Part shown: one piece after another, positions 27,620 to 36,869 of the stretch
How positions within the stretch are numbered: the first letter of the stretch is position 1
Layout: each line of letters begins with the position of its first letter
Notes under the pieces: model-generated
The model's database searches: none
What the model saw: only the letters and a program-made list of their open reading frames with translations
What the model was told of the DNA's origin: nothing
Position numbers and translations under genes: made by a program
Source of the DNA: Bacilli bacterium
GTDB taxonomy: Bacteria > Bacillota_I > Bacilli_A > RF39 > UBA660
Assembly: GCA_017433415.1 (NCBI GenBank)
Contig: JAFRHI010000009.1
Location: 1,723-65,722, forward strand
Reading direction: 5' to 3'
DNA length: 64,000 nucleotides

Positions 27620-29186
27620 AGTAAGACAAGTAAAAGTTTCTATTAAGAAAGATAATAAAGAGAATATTTTAAAGAAAATTAGTACAAAATTAAAGATTAA
27701 TAGTTCGGAAATACTAAATTATAAAATAGTTAAGAAATCACTTGATGCTCGTGATAAAAAGAATATTTTCTTTGTCTATGAATTTGACGTTTGTTTAAAA
27801 GATGAAAAGAAAATACATTTAACAAATGATATATTTATAGTTAACGAAGAGAATTATAAATTTGAAATTACAGGTAAAGAAAAGTTGAATGATAGAATTG
27901 TTATTGTTGGTAGTGGACCTAGTGGTTTATTTTGTGCTTATATGTTGGCAGAAGCTGGTTATAAGCCATTAATAATTGAACAGGGAGAAATGATTGAGGA
28001 TCGAATTAAAACAGTTGAAGAGTTTTTTAAAACTAATAAATTAAATCCTAATTCTAATGTACAGTTTGGTGAAGGAGGAGCGGGAACTTTTTCTGATGGT
28101 AAACTAAATACGCTTATTAAGGATAAGCTAAACAGAGGAAAAAAAGTATTTGAAATATTTGTAGAAGCAGGGGCTCCTGAAGAGATTATGTATTTGAATA
28201 AGCCACATATTGGAACGGATATTTTACGAAAAGTAATTATAAATATTCGAAAAAAAATAATCAGTATGGGTGGTGAGTTTAAATATAATACTAAGCTTAC
28301 TGATTTGGTAATTGAAGATGATAAGATTTCTGCTATTGAAGTTAATAATAAAGATATTATTAATTGTTCAGTACTTGTTTTAGCTATTGGTCATTCAGCT
28401 AGAGATACTTTTAAATTACTACATGATAAAAATGTTTTAATGAAGGCAAAGAATTTTGCTGTTGGTGTTAGAATAGAGCATCCACAAGAAATGATAAGTA
28501 AAAGCCAATATGGAGATAGTTATAAGTTATTAGAACCAGCTAGTTATAAATTGACGTATCAAACAAAAAGTGGACGAGGAGTATATTCTTTTTGTATGTG
28601 TCCTGGTGGTTTTGTGGTTAATGCATCTAGTGAGGAAGGTAGATTAGTTGTTAATGGGATGAGTAATTATAAACGAGATGAAGAAAATGCTAATAGTGCA
28701 CTTGTAGTTACTGTTACAGCTTCTGATTTTGGTAATGATCCACTTGCAGGGGTTGAGTTTCAAAGAAAATTGGAAGAGAGGGCATACAATTCCGGTAATG
28801 GAAAAATACCTGTACAATTATATAAAGATTTTGTTTCAGGTACTATTACTAAAGAATTAGGAAATGTTGTACCTAATACTAAGGGTGAATTTTGTTTTGC
28901 TGATTTGAATGAGGTGTTGCCAGGATATATTACAGAATCTTTAAAGGAAGCAATTCCTAGTTTTGATAAAAAGATTAAGGGTTTTGCGCGTAGTGATGCT
29001 GTTTTGTTAGGTGTGGAAAGTAGAACTAGTTCACCAGTTATAATAGTTAGAAATGAGTTTGGTATTTCAAATGTTTCAGGAATTTATCCTTGCGGGGAAG
29101 GAGCTGGGTATGCTGGAGGTATTACAACAGCGGCTATTGATGGGATAAAGGTTTTTGAAAATATTATAAGAATGTACAAGATTTAA
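27612..29186 (+). CDS. FAD-dependent oxidoreductase (COG2509-type)
   Basis: GSGPSG, FGEGGAGTFSDGKL, FCMCPGG and GEGAGYAGGI motifs. Confidence 0.9.
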   Translation: MIRVRQVKVSIKKDNKENILKKISTKLKINSSEILNYKIVKKSLDARDKKNIFFVYEFDVCLKDEKKIHLTNDIFIVNEENYKFEITGKEKLNDRIVIVGSGPSGLFCAYMLAEAGYKPLIIEQGEMIEDRIKTVEEFFKTNKLNPNSNVQFGEGGAGTFSDGKLNTLIKDKLNRGKKVFEIFVEAGAPEEIMYLNKPHIGTDILRKVIINIRKKIISMGGEFKYNTKLTDLVIEDDKISAIEVNNKDIINCSVLVLAIGHSARDTFKLLHDKNVLMKAKNFAVGVRIEHPQEMISKSQYGDSYKLLEPASYKLTYQTKSGRGVYSFCMCPGGFVVNASSEEGRLVVNGMSNYKRDEENANSALVVTVTASDFGNDPLAGVEFQRKLEERAYNSGNGKIPVQLYKDFVSGTITKELGNVVPNTKGEFCFADLNEVLPGYITESLKEAIPSFDKKIKGFARSDAVLLGVESRTSSPVIIVRNEFGISNVSGIYPCGEGAGYAGGITTAAIDGIKVFENIIRMYKI

Positions 29187-29267
29187 GTTAGTAGTGTTAC
29201 TAGCTTTTTCTTTACTTTTTAAGGGCTTTATGGTATAATAACGGGCAATTGAAAAGGGGATATAGAT

Positions 29268-31007
29268 ATGAAAAAAGTACGAATTAATAAAAAAGTTGTA
29301 GCTTTATTATTAGCGGCTGGTATTGGTACAGGAGTTATTAGTTTTTCTCTTTCTAAGAAGATGCGTAATGATTCTATTGGTGAAGGAATGGAAAATTCAA
29401 TAGGTTATACTAATATTAATCCAGTATATAATTTTAAGGTTTATCCAGAAGATTTTGTGATTTTAGATGTTGGAGATCATGATAGTATTGGGGTGCATTT
29501 TCAAGGTAAAAAAATGAAAATGTGTAATAATCAAGATATTTCTCTTGGAATAGAAATTTCTTCATCAGCTGAAGATGAAGCTGATATTTATGATGATGCT
29601 TTATATGCTAAAAGTGTATTGGAAGAATATGATGTTAGTTTTCCAGTATTTTTAAATATTGATAAAATAGTTGGTAATGACAATTTATCTACTAAAGAAA
29701 GAGAAATATTAATTAATGATTTTATTAGAAAATGTCAGGAAAATCATATTATAGTTGGTATTAGTGGAACAGATACAAATTTATCGAGATTGGTTAAAAA
29801 TTGTGTAATTGATGATTGTAAGAAATTTTTAATAATGGATGATCAGATAATTAAATATCCTGATCGTGATAGTCTTGATCTTATAAAAGATTTAGATGGA
29901 ATAGTAAGTAGTACATGGCATTATTTATCAGAAGATGTTAATGAAAAAGATAATAATTCTAAATATTTTGTAAATGATTATAGTTATATAGTTCAGAAAG
30001 ATGATGATATTTTAGATATTGCGATGACTGCTAAAATGAGTGTTGATGATTTACTTGAATATAATAGTATGAAAAAAAGAGATATTGTTTCTGGGACTGT
30101 ACTTAAAATTCCAACTAAAAAGGAAATTCGCCAATATAAGGGATTGGAAGATTTTGAAGTATTAGATGAAGCTATTCGAGGTTGTGATTTATCATTATAT
30201 CAAGATGGAGAAATCAATTGGGAAAAAATGGCAGAAAACTTTGATTTTGCAATTTTAAGATGTTCTACTGGACTTGATGTAGATCCTACTTTTGAAGTTA
30301 ATGCTCTTAATTGTAGTCTTTATAATATTCCAATTGGTGTATATTGTTATAATGAAGTTGATAATACAAATATGCTTAATTCAGAAGAATTTGCAAAACG
30401 TTTAGCTAATCAAACAGAAATTGTATTAAATTCATTAAAAGAGAAGGAAGTTAGTTATCCAGTATACTTATGTTTAGAGTATGAAGATGGTGCAAAAGGA
30501 CATTTTACGAAGGCACAAGTTAAGAAAATGGTTGAAAATTGGGCAACTGATATTAGAGAGGTAGGATATATTCCTGGTATTTGTTGTACTCAAAAAGATT
30601 ATGAGTTTTTACAAAGTTGTGTTGATTATCCTGTTTCAGATGTTTTACAAGTATGGATAACTGGTGAGAAAGATTATTCTACTGCTATAGAGGTTGAAGA
30701 TACAAAGCCGTTAGAATTCTTGGGAAGTAGTGAATATAATGCTGGTATTGCTTGTTCAACAAAAGCAGGTGTTAATGCTGGAGCTGGTAATGTTGATGGC
30801 TATTTAGATGTTAATTATTCAGTAGTAGACTACACACATATTCCTATCGATAAAGATAATTATTCAAATAAAGAATTTAAGAGACCAGACTGGTTATTGC
30901 TTGGTGGTGGTTTGGGGCTTATTGTTTTAGTTAATAGTTCTTTAGCTATAAGTGATTTTCTAAAAAAAATTAAAGCTCCTACAAAAAAGAAAAATACTAT
31001 TAAATAG
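29268..31007 (+). CDS. GH25-like / LysM / GH25-like membrane protein
   Basis: GCDLSLYQ..INW...FAILR GH25 start; YIVQKDD...IA...LL.YN...G..LKIP LysM; TM at both ends. Confidence 0.75.
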   Translation: MKKVRINKKVVALLLAAGIGTGVISFSLSKKMRNDSIGEGMENSIGYTNINPVYNFKVYPEDFVILDVGDHDSIGVHFQGKKMKMCNNQDISLGIEISSSAEDEADIYDDALYAKSVLEEYDVSFPVFLNIDKIVGNDNLSTKEREILINDFIRKCQENHIIVGISGTDTNLSRLVKNCVIDDCKKFLIMDDQIIKYPDRDSLDLIKDLDGIVSSTWHYLSEDVNEKDNNSKYFVNDYSYIVQKDDDILDIAMTAKMSVDDLLEYNSMKKRDIVSGTVLKIPTKKEIRQYKGLEDFEVLDEAIRGCDLSLYQDGEINWEKMAENFDFAILRCSTGLDVDPTFEVNALNCSLYNIPIGVYCYNEVDNTNMLNSEEFAKRLANQTEIVLNSLKEKEVSYPVYLCLEYEDGAKGHFTKAQVKKMVENWATDIREVGYIPGICCTQKDYEFLQSCVDYPVSDVLQVWITGEKDYSTAIEVEDTKPLEFLGSSEYNAGIACSTKAGVNAGAGNVDGYLDVNYSVVDYTHIPIDKDNYSNKEFKRPDWLLLGGGLGLIVLVNSSLAISDFLKKIKAPTKKKNTIK

Positions 31008-31061
31008 AGTAGTATTTTTTTAATATTATGATATAATGAACTTAGATTTGGAGATGATATT

Positions 31062-31736
31062 ATGAGTTATGAAATGCTAATAATACTTATTACATTAATT
31101 ATTACTTTTGGTGCTCAGTGGTACATAAATAGTATGTACAAAAGAACAAAAAAAATAAAGGCTGATTCAAGGATGACTGGTTGTGATGTTGCTCGAAAGA
31201 TTCTTGATAAAAATGGTTTAAAAAATGTTAAAGTACTTGAAGTTAGTGGAACACTTACTGATCATTATGATCCAAGAAATAAGACAGTAAGTCTATCAAC
31301 GGATATTTATAATACTAGTACTGTAGCAGCAGTTAGTGTAGCGGCTCATGAATGTGGACATGCTATTCAAGATAAAAATAATTATTTTTTCTTAAGATTT
31401 AGAAATAGTATTGTTCCTGTAGTTAATCTTTCTTCTAAACTTGGATATATTGCTATTATGATTGGTTTATTTACATCATTAACTAGTTTTTTATGGATTG
31501 GTATATTTTTAGAATTTGTTATATTATTATTTCAAGTTGTTACATTACCAGTTGAGTTTAATGCATCGAGTAGAGCTTTGAAACAGTTAGAAGAATTAGA
31601 AATTGTTTCTAAAAGAGAACATAGATTATGTTATAAAATGTTAAAGGCAGCAGCTCTTACTTATGTTGCAGGAGTAGCAACGGCTATTTTACAAATATTT
31701 AGACTTTTATTAATTGCTAGAAGTGATGAGAGGTAG
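31062..31736 (+). CDS. YugP-like membrane zinc metallopeptidase
   Basis: LTDHYDP, AAHECGHA, PVEFNAS and AALTYVA motifs. Confidence 0.92.
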   Translation: MSYEMLIILITLIITFGAQWYINSMYKRTKKIKADSRMTGCDVARKILDKNGLKNVKVLEVSGTLTDHYDPRNKTVSLSTDIYNTSTVAAVSVAAHECGHAIQDKNNYFFLRFRNSIVPVVNLSSKLGYIAIMIGLFTSLTSFLWIGIFLEFVILLFQVVTLPVEFNASSRALKQLEELEIVSKREHRLCYKMLKAAALTYVAGVATAILQIFRLLLIARSDER

Positions 31737-31739
31737 AAT

Positions 31740-32645
31740 ATGATTAAAATAGTAGATAGTATAAATGAAGCAAATTGCATAACCCATAGTGGGACTATGC
31801 ATGCAGATGAGGTTTTTTCAACTGCATTTTTGGAATTATATTTAGGTGATGTAAAGGTTTTTAGGACAAGTAATGTTGATTCTACTGAAGTTAATGATAG
31901 TGTTTTTGTTTACGATATTGGTAGAGGTAAGTTCGATCATCATCAAAATGATGCTTTAAAAAGAGAAAATGGTATTATTTATGCCGCATTTGGTTTATTA
32001 TGGAAAGAATTAGGAAAAGACTTTTTAAAGAAACAAGAATTTGACAATGTTGATGAAATGTTTTTGGCTATTGATAAAGATTTAATAGAAGCAATAGATG
32101 CTGATGATAATGGTCAATTTCCTAAGATTGAGGCTAATTACAAAGTAAAAACTTTAAGTGGTGTTATTAAATTGTTTAATCCTAGTTATGAAGCTTTTCA
32201 GAGTGAGAGTGAGCAATTCTTAAAAGCTGTTAATTTGGCTAAAACAATTATTGAAGAAGAACTATTATATATAAATGGAAAAGTTATTGCTGATAAGAAA
32301 GTTCAAGAAATATTAGATGAATGTGATGGTAGCGAGAAATACTTAATTTTAGATGAATATTTACCATATGAAGAGGTATTACTTAATCACGAAAAAGCGG
32401 CTAATGTATTGTTTGTGGCTTTTCCATCTAATAGGGGTGGTTATGCGGTTAAGACTTTGCCGAAGAGTGTTGAAGATAAAACAGCACGTTTAGAATTTCC
32501 TGAGGAATGGAAGGGACTTACTGGTACAGAATTAGAAGAGGTTTCAGGAATAAAGGGATTAAGATTTTGTCACTCAGCACGTTTTATTATAAATTGTGAA
32601 AATATAGATACAGTTTATGAGGTTTTTGCTAAGATATGTAAATAA
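31740..32645 (+). CDS. MYG1-family DHH-like exonuclease
   Basis: THSG..HADE, DIG, FDHHQ, IDA.DNG and FCH motifs. Confidence 0.9.
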   Translation: MIKIVDSINEANCITHSGTMHADEVFSTAFLELYLGDVKVFRTSNVDSTEVNDSVFVYDIGRGKFDHHQNDALKRENGIIYAAFGLLWKELGKDFLKKQEFDNVDEMFLAIDKDLIEAIDADDNGQFPKIEANYKVKTLSGVIKLFNPSYEAFQSESEQFLKAVNLAKTIIEEELLYINGKVIADKKVQEILDECDGSEKYLILDEYLPYEEVLLNHEKAANVLFVAFPSNRGGYAVKTLPKSVEDKTARLEFPEEWKGLTGTELEEVSGIKGLRFCHSARFIINCENIDTVYEVFAKICK

Positions 32646-32723
32646 TTGTAAAAGTCAGGATTTTTAAAAGATAATTTCTTTAAAAGTAGAATTTAAAATT
32701 ATATTATATTAATGAGGTGGACT

Positions 32724-33299
32724 ATGTATAATCGAAAAAAAGAATTAAGAAAAAATATAATATATAGTGTAGTAATATTATTACTAGCAGTTTTTTCTAC
32801 ATATTATATATATAATAAATTTCAAGGTGATAGGGAAATTGATTTTAGTTCAGAATCACTTGATGTTATTTATCATGAGGGTACTGGAGATAAAATTACT
32901 ATTTCAAAAATGACACCAGTTACTGATTCAGTAGGATTATCTTCTAAATCATATAATGTGTCATTAAAAAACAATTTAACAGAAGATGTTTTATATACTA
33001 TTAAAATAGTAGATGATTTAGAACAGATTGAAGCAGATAGTTGTGGTGATATGCTAATACCTAAAGACAATATAAGAATTTCTGTTAAAATAAATAAGCA
33101 TGAGAATGCTATATATCAATTAGATGAATTAGATGATGGTATATTACTTCATGATACTATTGATGCTTTAGATACTGCAGATATTGCTATTAGAGTATGG
33201 ATTAAACAAGATAGTAATGTACCTGCTGGTAGTAAATTACATTATCATGGTAAAATTCAAGTTGTTGAAGAAGATGGAATGATAGCAATTAATAAATAG
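32724..33299 (+). CDS. Membrane-anchored hypothetical protein
   Basis: N-terminal TM, beta-rich domain, GAGGTGG RBS. Confidence 0.65.
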   Translation: MYNRKKELRKNIIYSVVILLLAVFSTYYIYNKFQGDREIDFSSESLDVIYHEGTGDKITISKMTPVTDSVGLSSKSYNVSLKNNLTEDVLYTIKIVDDLEQIEADSCGDMLIPKDNIRISVKINKHENAIYQLDELDDGILLHDTIDALDTADIAIRVWIKQDSNVPAGSKLHYHGKIQVVEEDGMIAINK

Positions 33300-33307
33300 G
33301 TGATTGG

Positions 33308-33784
33308 ATGGAAATTGATTTAGGACTTTTACATAGTAATGCAATAGAAAATATTGATATTAGTGGTAGTTATTTTCTTGATAAGGCTTATTATGAAAAT
33401 ACAGATATTATAGATTTGAAGGAAATAAAAGTTAAGGGAAATATTACTAAAAAGGATACAGAAGAAGGTTTGAAAGATTATATAGAATGTTCTATTTCTG
33501 GTACTATGGTAATAGAAGATTCTATTTCACTTGAGCCTATAGACTTTCCTTATGAGATATTTTATTCGGATTTTCTTTGGGAAAACTGGTTAAAAAGTGA
33601 AAATATACTTGATATTTTTAGCTTTTTGTGGGAAAATATTGTACTAGAGGTCCCCTTACAATATACTAAGGTCGAAGATCTCAGTAAATTTCATGGGGAT
33701 GGATGGAGATTGGTTAGTGAAGATGATTTAGCACATAATAACAATCCATTTAGTGAGTTATTAAAAGATATAGAAGAGGAGTGA
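33308..33784 (+). CDS. YceD/DUF177 family protein
   Basis: SLEP...ENIVLEVP...NPF..L motifs; conserved position upstream of rpmF. Confidence 0.85.
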   Translation: MEIDLGLLHSNAIENIDISGSYFLDKAYYENTDIIDLKEIKVKGNITKKDTEEGLKDYIECSISGTMVIEDSISLEPIDFPYEIFYSDFLWENWLKSENILDIFSFLWENIVLEVPLQYTKVEDLSKFHGDGWRLVSEDDLAHNNNPFSELLKDIEEE

Positions 33785-33788
33785 TAAG

Positions 33789-33998
33789 ATGATGAAATTA
33801 GACATTCAATTGTTTGCAGTTCCTTTCCGTAAAGTTTCAAAAACAAGAAAGAGAATGAGAAGAAGTCACAATGCTATGGAAGTTCCTGGTATGACAAAAT
33901 GTCCTAGTTGTGGCGAAATGATTAAGCCACATAGAGTTTGTCCAAAATGTGGTAGCTACAAAGGAAAAGTAGAAGTTGTTAAAGAAAAAGCAGAATAG
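33789..33998 (+). CDS. rpmF: 50S ribosomal protein L32 with an N-terminal extension
   Basis: [18 protein letters not shown]...CPSCG...PHRVCPKCG zinc ribbon, preceded by MMKLDIQLF. Confidence 0.97.
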   Translation: MMKLDIQLFAVPFRKVSKTRKRMRRSHNAMEVPGMTKCPSCGEMIKPHRVCPKCGSYKGKVEVVKEKAE

Positions 33999-34010
33999 TC
34001 TGCTTTTTTT
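33986..34010 (+). terminator. Intrinsic terminator of yceD-rpmF
   Basis: AAAAGCAGA/TCTGCTTTT hairpin with T-run. Confidence 0.75.
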
Positions 34011-34062
34011 CTTTATTTATATTTTTATTTAAGTTATAATTGTTTATAGAATAGGTGATATT

Positions 34063-34728
34063 ATGATAGTTGGTTTTAGTGGTAAAAAGATCAGTATTAT
34101 TGAAATTCTTTGTATTATATTAATTTTATTGATTCTTATTGTTATGGCTATTAGTGGAATATCTTCTTTAATAGGTAAGGAAAATATTAATATGTGGAGT
34201 CAAGAGGAAGATTTGCTAATTGCTGAAGCAGAAGAATATGTTATGAAAAACTATAGAGATGACTTGGTTATAGGTGATAGTTTTGATATTCAACTTAGTG
34301 AATTAGAAAGCAAAAATTATTTACATAATAAAGTTTCTGATGTTTGTATTGATAAATCTTATATTTCGGTATATAAAGATATAAATAATGAATATGTATA
34401 TGTTCCTTTTATCAATTGTCTTGTTAATAATTATAGTGATAATAATTTATTATATCCAGTTATTGATGCATCTTTGGATGATGATAATCTTTTAATTAGT
34501 GTTAGAGAAATAAACCATAATCAAAAAGTGTTTATTTACAGTTATATGGTAGAAATATATAAAGGAGATAATATGCTTTTTGATATAAAATCAAATGATA
34601 TTAATTCAAGAGAATATATAAAAAATATTGATTTAAGTACTTATAGAAGTGATAATGAAAAATTAAAAATAATTGTTTCAGCAGAAAACAGTATTGGTTT
34701 TTATACCAAGACAATTATCAATAGTTAA
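34063..34728 (+). CDS. Type IV pilin-like protein with a degenerate prepilin motif
   Basis: KKISIIEIL followed by a long hydrophobic helix; A..YV and L..L....YL motifs typical of Firmicute pilin-like proteins. Confidence 0.55.
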   Translation: MIVGFSGKKISIIEILCIILILLILIVMAISGISSLIGKENINMWSQEEDLLIAEAEEYVMKNYRDDLVIGDSFDIQLSELESKNYLHNKVSDVCIDKSYISVYKDINNEYVYVPFINCLVNNYSDNNLLYPVIDASLDDDNLLISVREINHNQKVFIYSYMVEIYKGDNMLFDIKSNDINSREYIKNIDLSTYRSDNEKLKIIVSAENSIGFYTKTIINS

Positions 34729-34852
34729 AGTTTATAAGATTGTTAACAAAGAATTTGTTGACAATCTTTTTTTTTATAAAATATAATTTATATAGAGGAA
34801 ACTATTATGATATGTGAGGGTTATTAATATGAAGAATAAGCCGATAGGAATG

Positions 34853-36840
34853 TAAGAATGAAGAAATTCATTTTTTTTTGGAATAATTTATTTCTGTTAG
34901 GGAATTATATAAATAAATTATTTATAATTTTTAGTACTTGTTTGCAGGCAATTTATTGACACGTATTTTCTTTTTTTATATAATTATATATAAGGTAGAG
35001 TGTGTATTTTTGGTTTGGAGTGAAGGATATGAATTTTAGAAAAATATTTTGTTTATTAGTATTGGCTTTTGCCGGTGTTTTGCCTTTTAAGGTTTTTGCT
35101 ATTGAACCTGTTTATGACAAAGTTGAATGGGAAGATACTGAACATATATTTTTACGGGCTACTGCTACTAGTGATGGTGGATATGCTGTTATAGTAGTAC
35201 CAAAAGATTTTTTGAGTTCAAGCTCATATACTGGTGATAGGAAATATATAGATATTAATAAGTATTCTAGTAATGGTGAGAATTTGTGGTCTAATAGATT
35301 TTTCCTTCCAGAACAACCAGAAGATTGTAGTAACTATCATTGGCAGTATAATCCACAAACTGGGAGAGATGAACAAGTATGTGATAAGGTTGATTCTACA
35401 CCATTAATGGGATTTACGGAGTTAGATAATGGTCGATTAATTGTAGTTTCTAATTATTTTAGATTGTTAATTGCATCGGATGGAACATTAATTTCTATTG
35501 ATGATATGGGGAGTCAATATTATGACTATAAAGCTTTTAGGTGTGAGAATGAAGGAGAAGGGACAGCTTGTGCTGCAATTGGTGGAGATAAAACAACTAT
35601 TTTTAATATTTTTAATGGAAATAATGTAAGAAATGAGAGGGTAAAGGGACGGATATTTACACTTGCGGATGATGGGTCTATTTCTAACACTTTTGATATT
35701 CCTTGTCTCCCAATAGTTGTGGCAGATAACGCTACAAGTATTGGAGTTCCAGTTAGTATATTTAAAAATGAAGATGATAATTATGTAGTAGAGACTATTG
35801 AATCAGTTATTCCGTGGGTTTATGTGTTTGATAAAAATTTACGACAGATTTCAAAGAAACCGGTTTTAATTCGAAATAGTAGTATTAAAATTCTTGAACA
35901 AATTGGTGATATTTACTGGATAAATGGACAATTTAATAATGGAAATTATTTTGGTGCATATATAAAATATAATGCTAATTTAGCTAATTCTAAGGTTAGT
36001 TATGTTACTTTTAATTCAGCTATGAATGATGTTGTTAATGAAAGAGTATTTGCTGATGCTTTTATTGATATATTGGCAATTCAGCAATCCGGAAGGCCAA
36101 ATGAAGAAGTTATGAATGCGCTATTAGAGGGTGCAATGGCCGGTGTGGTAGGAATATTTGATGGATTCAGAGATGGAAAATATATTTCATTGTTTGATAC
36201 GGAAACGAATTTACCATATGACTTAAATGATATTTCACAAGTTGATTTTAATGCTGATTTTTTAAGGTTAGATTCATCTTTAAATGAATTTGATAGGTAC
36301 AATTTGATTAGTGTTCCTAAAGGTGGTATGAGTGAGCAAATCTTTAATGAATCATTAATAAGATTAATGTTTAGTTCTATTGTAAGATTAGAAGATGGTG
36401 CAGATGTTGTAGTATTAAATGTTAATCAAAATGGTGTACCTGCAACACGACATATTAAATTTGGTAAACAGTTTACAGTATCTGCTGTTCCACAAAATGT
36501 TTCTGATGTTACTTTTACAAGTTCTGTTTATGAACCAGGGGATGTTGTTACAGTACAGCTAAGGCAAAGAGATGGTTATTATATTGATAAGGTTATAGTA
36601 AGAGATGGAACAGGTAAAATAATTGATTTCAATCAAAAAAATCATACGTTTATAATGCCTGATTCTGATGTTACAGTTGAAGTTCAATATAAAAAGATAA
36701 ATCAAGTAGGTACTGGTGCTTTGTTAACAACAATACTATCACTATTGGCTTTAGGTGGTGCTGGCTACTCTGTTTTTAGATTTTTTAAAAAACAACAAGT
36801 AATGAATGTTTAAGAATGAAGAAATTCATTCTTTTTTTTG
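34853..36840 (+). repeat. ~28-bp direct repeat (terminator-like) at 34853-34880 and 36811-36840, flanking a surface-protein gene
   Basis: TAAGAATGAAGAAATTCATT(C)TTTTTTTG occurs twice. Confidence 0.8.
35029..36813 (+). CDS. Secreted or surface-anchored protein with a C-terminal InlB-B-like domain and sorting-signal-like tail
   Basis: Signal peptide ending VFA; TFIMPDSDVTV motif; QVGTG + TM + KK. Confidence 0.7.
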   Translation: MNFRKIFCLLVLAFAGVLPFKVFAIEPVYDKVEWEDTEHIFLRATATSDGGYAVIVVPKDFLSSSSYTGDRKYIDINKYSSNGENLWSNRFFLPEQPEDCSNYHWQYNPQTGRDEQVCDKVDSTPLMGFTELDNGRLIVVSNYFRLLIASDGTLISIDDMGSQYYDYKAFRCENEGEGTACAAIGGDKTTIFNIFNGNNVRNERVKGRIFTLADDGSISNTFDIPCLPIVVADNATSIGVPVSIFKNEDDNYVVETIESVIPWVYVFDKNLRQISKKPVLIRNSSIKILEQIGDIYWINGQFNNGNYFGAYIKYNANLANSKVSYVTFNSAMNDVVNERVFADAFIDILAIQQSGRPNEEVMNALLEGAMAGVVGIFDGFRDGKYISLFDTETNLPYDLNDISQVDFNADFLRLDSSLNEFDRYNLISVPKGGMSEQIFNESLIRLMFSSIVRLEDGADVVVLNVNQNGVPATRHIKFGKQFTVSAVPQNVSDVTFTSSVYEPGDVVTVQLRQRDGYYIDKVIVRDGTGKIIDFNQKNHTFIMPDSDVTVEVQYKKINQVGTGALLTTILSLLALGGAGYSVFRFFKKQQVMNV

Positions 36841-36869
36841 TTTTATGTTATAATAAAGATGGTGATAGT

